Positions 1 through 9,092 of a DNA stretch of 64,000 nucleotides are shown here, in pieces. This DNA comes from Marine Group II euryarchaeote MED-G37 (lineage in GTDB: Archaea; Thermoplasmatota; Poseidoniia; Poseidoniales; Thalassarchaeaceae). The notes beneath the pieces were generated by a model. The model had not been told where the DNA came from. It worked only from the letters and a program-made list of their open reading frames with translations, and did no database searches. A program made the translations under genes and the position numbers. The DNA lies in contig NTJQ01000005.1 of the NCBI GenBank assembly GCA_002457555.1, forward strand, positions 28,335 to 92,334, written 5' to 3'. Numbering within the stretch: the first letter of the stretch is position 1; the number at the start of each line of letters is the position of its first letter.

Positions 1-492
1 TACTCGGGAAATTATACAAAATAGCAACTGTATTCTCATTTACCCGGTCCTCTAAATCCTCAATTTTTGGCACAAAACCATTCTCAAATCTACAGGGATA
101 AAGCGAAGGTTGACCTCCGCAAATAACCACATCCGGTGGATATAACGGAAAATATGGTTCTGGAATTAGGACCTCATCTCCTGGGTCCACTAGGGCAAGG
201 AAAATATCCAGTAAGGCGTTTGTCCCACTCATTGTAATGCAAACATTAGATTCGTTGAGATTTGGAGAAAGATAATGCCATGTCTCTGCTATCTTTTGCC
301 TTAGCTCTGGTAGTCCTGCTGTAGTTGTGTATTTGTTACGCCCTTCTCGCATGGCCTTTTCGAAAGCGTCTATGGCCAAATCGGGAGGTTGGAAGTCTGG
401 TTCGCCTAAACCAAACTGAACCGCGTCATCGCCGGCCATGTCGAACATTCGTCGAACTCCTGTAGGACGAATGCTGTTCGCGCGTTCCGAAA
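1..492 (-). CDS. Class I/II (aspartate-type) aminotransferase, N-terminal part; gene continues past the window edge
   Basis: Manual translation of the minus strand from the ATG at 492..490 gives MVRFSERANSIRPTGVRRMFDMAGDDAVQFGLGEPDFQPPDLAIDAFEKAMREGRNKYTTTAGLPELRQKIAETW...DPGDEVLIPEPYFPLYP. This is the typical fold-type I aminotransferase N-terminus (GEPDF, GLPELR, PxPxYxxY). It is absent from the ORF track because it is edge-truncated. Confidence 0.55.
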
Positions 493-597
493 ACCGCACC
501 ATGACCTTCGGAGGATAGAATGAGCATTTGAACTAACACCCTCGAATCCTTCGGATTCGTCGTTTGAGTTGATAAATTAACTGATTTGTAATGAATG

Positions 598-2727
598 CTA
601 ATTTCCTAAGTCGAGTAACTCTGCTTCAACAACGTCTTCAATCTCATCTCGGTTTCTAACGCTGCTTATTATTGCCTCAATCTCGTCATCTGAACGGAAT
701 CGGATTAGCACTAATGATGCGACCCATGCCAATGCGACAACAATCACAATACCGATTGCAATTGGTGGAATCGACATCGATTCTGAACCCGCACCTGTTC
801 CCTCGATTTCAAAGAATACAGGTAGGGAATGCATTGCGCCTGCAACAGCATGTACCTCCACTGTGTGATTGCCTGAAGTCAGTTTTTTTGGCTCCAATAG
901 GATGTGCCACTCAAAGGGTGTCAGAGCGCCTATTTCGCTTGGCGTAGTGGAATAAGTCGTCTCAACCCACTCTCCGTCATCAATTCGATATTCCACTCTG
1001 TCAATACTTCCTGCCTGACCCCAAGCGTGACCGGTCATATTGGTCACTCCATCCGAAGATAGATTGAGCCTGTGGCTCTGTAATGTAGGATCGATTAATG
1101 CAGTCTGGCCGCTGTCTCGAAGGAATATTGCAAGTTCAACCGCTGCCAAAGCATCTACCATTCCATATCCAAATTCTCTATTCCAATATGGATCAATCTC
1201 TGGGGCACTGGCTTCTCCTCGCAATTCAGATGTATGTTTGAGGACTTCTTTGATTTGTAATGGAGTCAAGTTTTCGTTCGCTTCCCAAACCAATGCTACG
1301 ATTCCGGTTACTGCAGGCGCTGCGTAGGAGGTTCCGCTACCTCTTCCAGTGTAGGTGTTCTGAGATGCATCTCCACCTAGGAAATTATTGCATCCTCCAC
1401 TTGACACACATCCTTCCGCTTGAATTATGTTGGAGCCCGGTGCACTGATTTCGGGGATTAATTCGTTAATCGGATTTCCATCACCATTGTCTTTGCGAGG
1501 TCCTCGGGAAGAATATCCAGCAATTGTATCATCGGACCTGTTAACAGTATTCTGATCATCGGTTGAAGCTACGGTGATTGAAAGAGAAGAGGCACTCATT
1601 CCAGAAAGCCCATCATTGTCCTCTCCATCGTTACCGGCAGCGTTAGAAACAGCCACTCCTAACTCCATAGCCTCATCTAGGATTCTACTATGCATGTCAG
1701 TTCCATCTGAACCCCCATTCTCGTGACTAGTTATTCCCCAAGAGAGAGAGATGATATCAATCCCATGACTCTCTTCTTCTACCCCAGGCCAAGCATCGTC
1801 TCGATGATCGACAATCCATTGTAGACCGTTCATTGCCGATTCGTAAAATTCCTGTTCCAGAAGATAATTTTCAAATGGTCCAGCACCAACATCGGTCCCT
1901 ATTCTTACGTCCACTAAACCAGCATCTGGTGCTGAACCGTAGAATTCAGATTGAGAACCATCAGCCTCGATACCAGTTGCACTAGCCATACCCATACAAG
2001 CAGTGCCATGTTGATTGCCGTCATCAGGATCGAATGAACCATCATCCTCGCGACCTCCTGCAAGTATACACTGTGGATCTGAATGTACGAAACAAACAGC
2101 ATCATATCCTGCAACAAATTTCGAACTTAGCCCAGGATGTTCATTGTCAACACCGGTATCTACCATAGCGATATTAATTCCTTTACCGGTTACTCCAAAA
2201 TCCCATGCAGCAACAGGATATTCTGAAGAGTTCTTGGCTTTTACGGCTAGAGTTTGGATATCTCCGAAGAATACCGGCGAGCCGTATCGCTCGACCATAA
2301 CCACACCATCTAATTCGGCTAATTGCCAAATCTTACTAGCATCAACATCTCCAATCAATAATGCGTCCACAATTGGCAATTCAATATGGATATCAAAACC
2401 CAAATCTTGCAATGATTTTTTGTCCAAATTTGTAACATCGCGCGAATACGATAAACCTACATTGACGGGGCCGGTTTCCGTTTGTAATGAGTCATGTATT
2501 CCATTACGGTCTGAATCTAATGAAGTGTGTTCCCACCAATTTAGAGTAGGGTCCCACCAAATTGGCTCTTGAATAGGGATTTCAGTTGTCTGGCTTTCCT
2601 CAATTAACTGAAGCCCTGTTGAGTCTAATCGAGTCTGCTTGGAATTTGCACTAGGCGCTGCAATACTTCCAATGAGTGGTGATAACAGAATTAGCACCAG
2701 CGCTACTGCAATCGACTTGCGGTCCAT
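598..2727 (-). CDS. Subtilisin-like serine peptidase (S8 family), secreted, with C-terminal transmembrane anchor
   Basis: N-terminal signal peptide (MDRKSIAVALVLILLSPLIGSIAAPS). Catalytic triad motifs are in canonical order: VAMVDTGVD (Asp), HGTACMGMA (His), GTSYAAPAVTG (Ser). There is a C-terminal hydrophobic helix (IAIGIVIVVALAWVASLVLI) followed by an acidic tail. Confidence 0.85.
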   Translation of the reverse strand: MDRKSIAVALVLILLSPLIGSIAAPSANSKQTRLDSTGLQLIEESQTTEIPIQEPIWWDPTLNWWEHTSLDSDRNGIHDSLQTETGPVNVGLSYSRDVTNLDKKSLQDLGFDIHIELPIVDALLIGDVDASKIWQLAELDGVVMVERYGSPVFFGDIQTLAVKAKNSSEYPVAAWDFGVTGKGINIAMVDTGVDNEHPGLSSKFVAGYDAVCFVHSDPQCILAGGREDDGSFDPDDGNQHGTACMGMASATGIEADGSQSEFYGSAPDAGLVDVRIGTDVGAGPFENYLLEQEFYESAMNGLQWIVDHRDDAWPGVEEESHGIDIISLSWGITSHENGGSDGTDMHSRILDEAMELGVAVSNAAGNDGEDNDGLSGMSASSLSITVASTDDQNTVNRSDDTIAGYSSRGPRKDNGDGNPINELIPEISAPGSNIIQAEGCVSSGGCNNFLGGDASQNTYTGRGSGTSYAAPAVTGIVALVWEANENLTPLQIKEVLKHTSELRGEASAPEIDPYWNREFGYGMVDALAAVELAIFLRDSGQTALIDPTLQSHRLNLSSDGVTNMTGHAWGQAGSIDRVEYRIDDGEWVETTYSTTPSEIGALTPFEWHILLEPKKLTSGNHTVEVHAVAGAMHSLPVFFEIEGTGAGSESMSIPPIAIGIVIVVALAWVASLVLIRFRSDDEIEAIISSVRNRDEIEDVVEAELLDLGN

Positions 2728-2802
2728 TGAGTAGGGGCGAACCGCCTCCCTTCATCAATACAACCATGTGTTGAGCAAATATCTAGAGGCTCTACCAAAA
2801 GA

Positions 2803-2878
2803 TGGTGGGGGCAGAGGGATTTGAACCCCCCTCCACCGGTCTGGAGCCGGTAATAATACCGAGCTATACTATACCCCC
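2803..2878 (-). tRNA. tRNA-Trp (anticodon CCA), 76 nt with encoded CCA, no intron
   Basis: Reverse complement reads GGGGGTATAGTATAGCTCGGTATTATTACCGGCTCCAGACCGGTGGAGGGGGGTTCAAATCCCTCTGCCCCCACCA. It has a 7-bp acceptor stem (GGGGGTA/TGCCCCC), an anticodon stem ACCGG/CCGGT with loop CTCCAGA (anticodon CCA), a T-arm GGGGG-TTCAAAT-CCCTC, discriminator A and CCA. D-stem pairing is imperfect. Confidence 0.7.
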
Positions 2879-2956
2879 AATCTGTGATTAGTCGAGTGGC
2901 TACACTCTTATGATGCTCTCGGTTCCTAGGTTTAGAATTGAGTTGATTATTTGAAA

Positions 2957-5281
2957 TCAAAAATTACCCAATACCGGACCAACTAGTAGACTGATTAGCA
3001 GCCAACCTCCCAATATTGCGCTGGCTAGCCCCCAAGCTCTTGGACGAATCCCTACACTCAAACTACCAAGAGTTCTAGGAATTGGACCAGTGACTCCTAT
3101 TATTGCACGAGCGATTACTACAGCCAGACCAGACGCGAGAATTAGCCCTAGTAAAATGCATACAGAGAGAATCATTCCAAGAATACCAGTACGGGCTACT
3201 GCTCCTACTCCTTGAGCTACCAAATCAGGAGTTCGTAACCAAATCAACCAAGCCACCCAAATCCCTAGATGGACGTCGTCGCTAAAAGATGAGGCCTTTC
3301 TCCAATCCCTATACTGCTCCGGCAGACTAGAATAAATCTTATTAGAAATCCAATCAATCTCAGGGATTCTGCCGCTAGTTAGAGTTCGTAAACCATGGTA
3401 GGTAAGAATTAGAGCAAGGATCAACTCAATCCAAATCCACCAAGCACCTAAGCCGACTGCAGCCATCAATGAAATCGGTATTGCCCAAAGAGAAAATCCC
3501 ACACCTGCTGCAAGCAATGTCAACAATATTCCCGAGCCTGGGAGAAGAACTTCATCCGGCTCCTGATATTTCCTCTCTCGTGGCATTGCAAGAACGAACA
3601 AAGGAAGTAAGGCCGTACCCCAAAGCAAGGTTATTGGATCAAATACACTATGCCCAGAACCCCTCGTTGCTTCGCCAACAGCGTCTGCAATCTCCGAACT
3701 TGAGTAAGTTCCGGGCGACCAATCCGTGATGAAACCAGCAGCATCGATGATAATCACTGCATCACTAGCCCCACTAGGGAAGGACTTGCCAACACTAGCA
3801 TCGGCATTGTCCATTAATAATGGCCAAGACCCGTTTATTATTTCCGAATGGGAGTCTAAATCAACTGCTCTGACTCCCTTTCCAGTAGCAATTTGAACAA
3901 AGGAAATATCTCTGTCAATTAATGCATCAGCCATTTGGAAATCATTTGCTTGCCGGTTTGCATTAGCAGAACCGGGTACGTACAAGCCGAGAACAACAGC
4001 GTCGGAATCTGATAGTAATTCAAACAGAGAGACCGAACCATCGCCACCATGTTGTAGTAGAGTGAATGATGGTGCTGCACCATCCGAACGAGGTGAGTTT
4101 GCATCAATGTCGGGCAGATGGGTCGCTGGACCGATACTCGCTATGGCGAGGACAAGAATCACTGCATAAGCGGGAAGAGGCAACATAGCTTCCCTCATTG
4201 AAGCACCTAGCCAAGCAATAACCCCAAGTGGAATCATTATCGCCACCCATGTTCCACTCAATAGTGCCTGAGGGTCTTCCTTTACTTCGAATTTCAATAC
4301 TCCAATTACATCGCAAGGTTCAGCGGGGTCTTGATCTTGAAGTTTGAAACAACCATCGATCATGTACAATCCGGGTTCCAGGGATTTTGATGTCGACCAA
4401 GTAAGAACGGTCCTATTTGCTTCACCTACCCTAAAGGAATGGGGTGACTCAAAGTGCTCCAATCTTTGATCCTCTTGACCGAATCCATGAACCATAGATT
4501 CGTAACTATACATTGGCCCCACTACTTCGATTACTTGTTGTGAAAAATCCGAAGGTCCCCAAGGAGAAATAGGTGTGAACTCGATTCTAGTTATTCGATT
4601 TGAATCAGTGACCTGCTCTAATTGTGGGTCAATCAATTCCCCAGAAAATGTAATTCCACTCTTTGCATCATAGGTGCCCCACCACAATGAGCCCGGTTGA
4701 ACACAATCATGTTGAACCGAAATTTGCAGAGACAAAGCATCGCCTGGACCTAAATCAACATCATCAACAGGCACTTCAACTTGGAAAATATGGGATTGCG
4801 TGTAGGATTCTTCCATGGTTACAACATTCGTTGCCATACCATTGATGAGGGTGAAAGAACCCCAACGTAGGGTGACATAAAATTGAGTCGTGGCACCAGC
4901 TGGAGAACCTGGAATAACATTCGTTTGCCTGCATACTGGAGATTTTGCTTCCAATGAAGCATACAATTCAACAGTTACTGTACCATTTAGTGAAAGCGCC
5001 TCTACGATGGGTGTTCCTTGAACATCTACAAGATTTTGAGGCGCCCCTGCTGTTTTGGAGAAACTTGCTGAACCACCGGGTATTCCTGTAAGTATTGGCC
5101 AATCTCTGCGAAGTTCTGGCGTTTCTTCTGTGCCGTGCAGGAAAATATTATGATTTTGAGGGACACTGATTTCTAGTCCTGGGCCAAAATCCTCTGCATC
5201 TTGGGCACTAGTTGTGCTAGCGGCGAATGTCCCAACTAGAAGCAGAATAATTGCTGTTGTGAGCGCCTTTGACCTGAACAA
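2957..5281 (-). CDS. Hypothetical large envelope protein: signal peptide, ~330-aa extracytoplasmic domain, then a polytopic membrane region enclosing a second ~170-aa loop
   Basis: 774-aa ORF with N-terminal signal peptide (MFRSKALTTAIILLLVGTFAASTTSAQD) and multiple long hydrophobic helices from about residue 350 to the C-terminus. No recognisable catalytic motif. Confidence 0.55.
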   Translation of the reverse strand: MFRSKALTTAIILLLVGTFAASTTSAQDAEDFGPGLEISVPQNHNIFLHGTEETPELRRDWPILTGIPGGSASFSKTAGAPQNLVDVQGTPIVEALSLNGTVTVELYASLEAKSPVCRQTNVIPGSPAGATTQFYVTLRWGSFTLINGMATNVVTMEESYTQSHIFQVEVPVDDVDLGPGDALSLQISVQHDCVQPGSLWWGTYDAKSGITFSGELIDPQLEQVTDSNRITRIEFTPISPWGPSDFSQQVIEVVGPMYSYESMVHGFGQEDQRLEHFESPHSFRVGEANRTVLTWSTSKSLEPGLYMIDGCFKLQDQDPAEPCDVIGVLKFEVKEDPQALLSGTWVAIMIPLGVIAWLGASMREAMLPLPAYAVILVLAIASIGPATHLPDIDANSPRSDGAAPSFTLLQHGGDGSVSLFELLSDSDAVVLGLYVPGSANANRQANDFQMADALIDRDISFVQIATGKGVRAVDLDSHSEIINGSWPLLMDNADASVGKSFPSGASDAVIIIDAAGFITDWSPGTYSSSEIADAVGEATRGSGHSVFDPITLLWGTALLPLFVLAMPRERKYQEPDEVLLPGSGILLTLLAAGVGFSLWAIPISLMAAVGLGAWWIWIELILALILTYHGLRTLTSGRIPEIDWISNKIYSSLPEQYRDWRKASSFSDDVHLGIWVAWLIWLRTPDLVAQGVGAVARTGILGMILSVCILLGLILASGLAVVIARAIIGVTGPIPRTLGSLSVGIRPRAWGLASAILGGWLLISLLVGPVLGNF

Positions 5282-5383
5282 CGGTTACACCTCTTACTCG
5301 ACCCCTAATTGGACCGGCATTCAAACCTCGCGCTCCTATGTATTCGACTTAACCAGATTCTTTAGGCTTGGACACGATTCCTC

Positions 5384-6121
5384 TTAGAGGAAGCGGATAT
5401 GGAAAAATATAGCCATTAACGCACCAGATAGTGTTGCAAGGAAGTTTACAGTGTGCTTTCCCATTAGGCCTTTATTCTCAAATAATGCCCCTAAAATAGA
5501 GTCAACTTGGCAACCAAGCCAACCGATTAATGTAACAACTACCATCATAGTCAATAGAGGGATTTCAACATCGGTAATCGAAGCAAGACTAACCGACAAT
5601 AATGCAATCATTACTGCACCACCTAATGCTGCAAATGTACCAGTCAATGACATACCTCCATTGGTTCCTGCAGGCACGGCTTCTAGATTGATGATGCTTC
5701 TAGTTCTAGAGTCCAGACTACCTATTTCCGACGCTAAGGTGTCGGAGGCGGCTACAGAAATTGATGCGCAAGCCGCCAAATAAGTCCACTCTGGTTGATC
5801 TAGTGCGAAATTTGCGATTGCGACTAGTGAAGCCACACCACCATTGGCCATTACATTCCGCCAACCACGGGCTCCTTTGTTCTCCTCTGCTAATCTCAGA
5901 GCAGCCTTTTCTTCATACTTCCATAAAGTGGCTAATGATCCGACTGCAAGGAATGAAATAAGAATTGTTAACCACGTCCAATGACCAAACAAAGATACTG
6001 TCAGGCCTACAATTGCAGCGGCAATTAATCCAGTTCTGTTGAGCATTCCACGTACTGCCGAGAGCATCATCAAGCCGAATACTAGCCCGACAGAAATCAT
6101 CTGGTCACTTGTGGGGTCCAT
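5384..6121 (-). CDS. DUF92/TMEM19-family integral membrane protein
   Basis: 245 aa, 6-7 predicted TM helices. Gly-rich segments (NGGVASLVAIANFAL, GTNGGMSLTGTFAALGGAVMIALL) resemble COG1836/DUF92 proteins. Confidence 0.45.
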   Translation of the reverse strand: MDPTSDQMISVGLVFGLMMLSAVRGMLNRTGLIAAAIVGLTVSLFGHWTWLTILISFLAVGSLATLWKYEEKAALRLAEENKGARGWRNVMANGGVASLVAIANFALDQPEWTYLAACASISVAASDTLASEIGSLDSRTRSIINLEAVPAGTNGGMSLTGTFAALGGAVMIALLSVSLASITDVEIPLLTMMVVVTLIGWLGCQVDSILGALFENKGLMGKHTVNFLATLSGALMAIFFHIRFL

Positions 6122-6175
6122 GTCCTACCCTACCATTACGACGTCAAAGGATGATGAAGGATTCCCCAATACGAC

Positions 6176-7798
6176 TTATGCCGAAGGTAGAGAACGTACC
6201 CCCTTCAATATACCACGGGCGAGAATTAGTAATACAATAATGAGAATAGAAACCCAAGCCAAGTTTAGCATAAACACTCCCCCCCACCCTAGTCCAATTA
6301 ACTCACCTAATTTCTCAATACTAACCAAAGTACCGTTCCAAAATGCATGTCCACCGATGGCGATACCTAAGCAAGCCAGAACATTTTTTGGAGGCAATAT
6401 TCTGAACCCATCTTCTTTCCTTAGATTTGCAGCATCCCACGAAGTGACCAATGAATTACTGACTTCTATCGCCTCTACACCCGCGGCATCGATTGCTTTT
6501 CCTGTTTTATTGTCGATTAATTTCCAATTAGACTCAACCTCGTCTTTTGCCATAATTTCTTCAAAGGTCGGCCTAAAGTCATCAAAGCCTGAATAGTCTC
6601 CATCACCATCTATGTCGAAGCCTAGATTTTCTGCGTAGTCGACTGAGTTAATGCTAAACCGATTAATCATCCACTTCATTCGCTTATCTGCATCTGTAGT
6701 TTGAGAGAAATAGCCTAACCCAAATCCTGAGATTCCTGTCCACAATCCATGTGCGGGAATTGATCCAATACCTCTCATTAGTGCTGTTAGGGTTAGAGAA
6801 GGAGCGCCACCAAAGGCGCTTCCTAAGATATAGGCAAGATTCTCAATTAATGCAAATCCTAATCCAACGGTAAATCCTACTTGGAATCCCTTTTTTGCAT
6901 TACGAATAGAAGGTAAAAACAAACATATTGCTAATAATTTGAATATTTCTTCACCTATTGGCGCACTAATTGCCGCAGTCAAAGCCATTTCGATATCAAA
7001 GGAAAGGCCGCTTGGAAGAATTCGAGGGAAAATGAAACTGTTGACTATTAGTGCTGGTAGAGCTGATGCCATTCCAGCAATCATCCAAGATTCAGCATCT
7101 CTTCTCCTAGTTGGTAAACCAATTATTTTCGAGGAGGTCGCCCACCAAGCAAATACAGGTATAGAAAATGCCGCTATAGAAAGAAGTAGAACAGGAATGA
7201 AAGAAAGGATGTAAACAATGGAAAGGAAATCCTCATCTCCCGATGCAAGCGATAGAACCAATGGAATAGACAACATCACGCCAATTACCAATATTGCAAT
7301 GAAAGCACCCCATACCTGACCTAGGGGTGGCATGTCAAGAGTCGAATCGTCTGTAATTACAAAACGATGGAAGATTGTTCGTTTAGGAGTCTTGAGAGAA
7401 CCTCCCTCTGGTAGGGGGTGGTGGTTTTCCCCTGAGGGGTCGGGCGTTGCCATCCTAACATGAACTAACTTAGGCCTATGCAGGATAATTAGGAAAGGAA
7501 GAGGGATTAGGGAACAAATAGCACCTAGACCGGTAATCGCGACCTCCTGATAGATTAAACCAGCAATAACAGAACTAAGACCAAACCAAATCAAAATAAA
7601 AGCAAGAATCACTGTCCCCAGCATTCTCCAGTAATTTTTCCATGGCTTACTTTTTGTTGCCAATTGTATGTTCCTAGGTGCTTGAGTAAGAGGTACAGGG
7701 TCTTCCAGTAAATACCTCTTGCCGGTTGCATCCATGATTATGCGGGACATAGAATCATCCTGGTGCCGCTCAGATCGCCCATCACTCGCGACACCCAA
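6176..7798 (-). CDS. PrsW-family intramembrane metalloprotease with an inserted acidic soluble domain
   Basis: Polytopic membrane protein carrying the PrsW signature motifs GEEIFK (EExxK), FALIENLAYILG (FxxxE) and HGLWTG, plus a later GHAFWNG. A ~100-aa insertion contains a DIDGDGDYSGFDD calcium-binding-like Asp cluster. Confidence 0.55.
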   Translation of the reverse strand: MGVASDGRSERHQDDSMSRIIMDATGKRYLLEDPVPLTQAPRNIQLATKSKPWKNYWRMLGTVILAFILIWFGLSSVIAGLIYQEVAITGLGAICSLIPLPFLIILHRPKLVHVRMATPDPSGENHHPLPEGGSLKTPKRTIFHRFVITDDSTLDMPPLGQVWGAFIAILVIGVMLSIPLVLSLASGDEDFLSIVYILSFIPVLLLSIAAFSIPVFAWWATSSKIIGLPTRRRDAESWMIAGMASALPALIVNSFIFPRILPSGLSFDIEMALTAAISAPIGEEIFKLLAICLFLPSIRNAKKGFQVGFTVGLGFALIENLAYILGSAFGGAPSLTLTALMRGIGSIPAHGLWTGISGFGLGYFSQTTDADKRMKWMINRFSINSVDYAENLGFDIDGDGDYSGFDDFRPTFEEIMAKDEVESNWKLIDNKTGKAIDAAGVEAIEVSNSLVTSWDAANLRKEDGFRILPPKNVLACLGIAIGGHAFWNGTLVSIEKLGELIGLGWGGVFMLNLAWVSILIIVLLILARGILKGVRSLPSA

Positions 7799-7873
7799 GG
7801 CATCCGGTGCGGTTCCTCATCACAGCGGCAAGGGTCGGTAGATGGCGCCCCATATGAGGTTCAGCCCTAATCT

Positions 7874-8104
7874 CTAGCGTGAACCCATGATTGCACCGCA
7901 AGCACCACAATACAACTCAACTCGATCGTTATCCTTCTGCATCGACCACTCCCCACAGGCAGGGCAGGGTGGAAGGCCCTTTTCACTGGGCGCCACTCTA
8001 GGGCCTGTACGGCGCTTTTTTTTGCGAGGGATATACCATCCACCCTTGGGTTTTTTGACCTTCGGCATACTATCGGACATACTCGACATCATGGCGTCTC
8101 TCAA
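7874..8104 (-). CDS. Ribosomal protein eS31 (S27ae)-like small zinc-ribbon protein
   Basis: 76 aa. The Lys/Arg-rich N-terminus (KVKKPKGGWYIPRKKKRRTGPR) is followed by CPACGEWSMQKDNDRVELYCGACG. This matches the eS31 pattern CPxCGxxxFMAxHxDRxYCGxC with a C4 zinc ribbon. Confidence 0.5.
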   Translation of the reverse strand: MRDAMMSSMSDSMPKVKKPKGGWYIPRKKKRRTGPRVAPSEKGLPPCPACGEWSMQKDNDRVELYCGACGAIMGSR

Positions 8105-8153
8105 GACACTTATGCACCGTTGATGTGAAGTGATTGTTCAACTCCGGAGAGAT

Positions 8154-9092
8154 ATGGATAGCGTGGTGATTGGAGCTGGTGTATCCGGCCTGTCATCTGC
8201 AATACGGTTGTTAGAGGCCGGACATAATGTTCGAGTTATGGCTAAGGAATTTTCACCGGATTTAGTTTCAGATACTGCTGCAGCATTGTGGTATCCATTT
8301 TTAGCGCACCCTGTTGAAAAAACCGATCGATGGGCAGCTGAAACTTATACTGAATTGATGAGATTGGGGGAATGCGAACCTAATTCAGGAATCACGATGA
8401 GATTTGGTAGGGAATATCTGCGTGAAGTTGTGGAACTTCCAGGTTGGAGAGATGATATTACTCACTTTCGAGTACTAGACTCAAGCGAAATTCCTGAAGG
8501 TTGGATTTTTGGATGGGAGTTTGAATCGCCAATTATAGAAATGCATCACTACATGCCTTGGCTATTACAACGTACTCGTGAGTTGGGCGGAATAATCGAA
8601 GAAAATGTGGTAGAAGATTTAACCACAATTTCTGCAGAAGTTATCGTAAATTGTAGCGGAATAGGTGCGAGAGAACTATGCCAAGATACGGAGGTAAAAC
8701 CTGTACGTGGCCAAATTATCTACATTAACCAAGATCCTGGATTTGGCCGGTTTGACCAACAACCAGAGACCTTGACCTATACAATACCTAGGAGAGATTG
8801 CACAGTACTTGGAGGGACTGCTCAAAGTGACGACTGGAGCCTTGAATTACGTGATTCTGACCGTGAAACAATCCTACAAAAATGTGAAGCAGTTTGGCCG
8901 GAACTTGACCGTAGGAAGATTATCGGGGAATCAGTGGGACTTCGTCCTTCAAGAAGTGAAGTTCGTCTAGAATCTGAGATAGTAAATGGCACCTTGGTAA
9001 TCCATAATTATGGACACGGAGGGGCAGGAGTGACGCTTTCCTGGGGTTGTGCTGACGAGGTAGCTAGGATGCTATCTAGTAAGATGACTTAG
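8154..9092 (+). CDS. FAD-dependent D-amino-acid oxidase family oxidoreductase
   Basis: N-terminal Rossmann motif MDSVVIGAGVSGLSSA. The C-terminal motif IHNYGHGGAGVTLSWGCADE is near-identical to the DAAO signature HNYGHGGxGxTxxWGCA. Start moved to the ATG at 8154 (the ORF track starts at GTG 8130). Confidence 0.75.
   Translation: MDSVVIGAGVSGLSSAIRLLEAGHNVRVMAKEFSPDLVSDTAAALWYPFLAHPVEKTDRWAAETYTELMRLGECEPNSGITMRFGREYLREVVELPGWRDDITHFRVLDSSEIPEGWIFGWEFESPIIEMHHYMPWLLQRTRELGGIIEENVVEDLTTISAEVIVNCSGIGARELCQDTEVKPVRGQIIYINQDPGFGRFDQQPETLTYTIPRRDCTVLGGTAQSDDWSLELRDSDRETILQKCEAVWPELDRRKIIGESVGLRPSRSEVRLESEIVNGTLVIHNYGHGGAGVTLSWGCADEVARMLSSKMT

Noticed and set aside
672-2572. Plus-strand ORFs (672..947, 1040..1327, 1260..1448, 2015..2572) and a short minus ORF inside the S8 protease gene
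   Set aside because: They lie entirely antisense or out of frame within a gene that has an intact catalytic triad and signal peptide. Their products are low-complexity with no motifs. They are shadow ORFs.
7887-8123. Plus-strand 78-aa ORF overlapping the zinc-ribbon gene
   Set aside because: The opposite-strand product has a clean eS31-like C4 ribbon and K/R-rich N-terminus. The plus-strand product is featureless.
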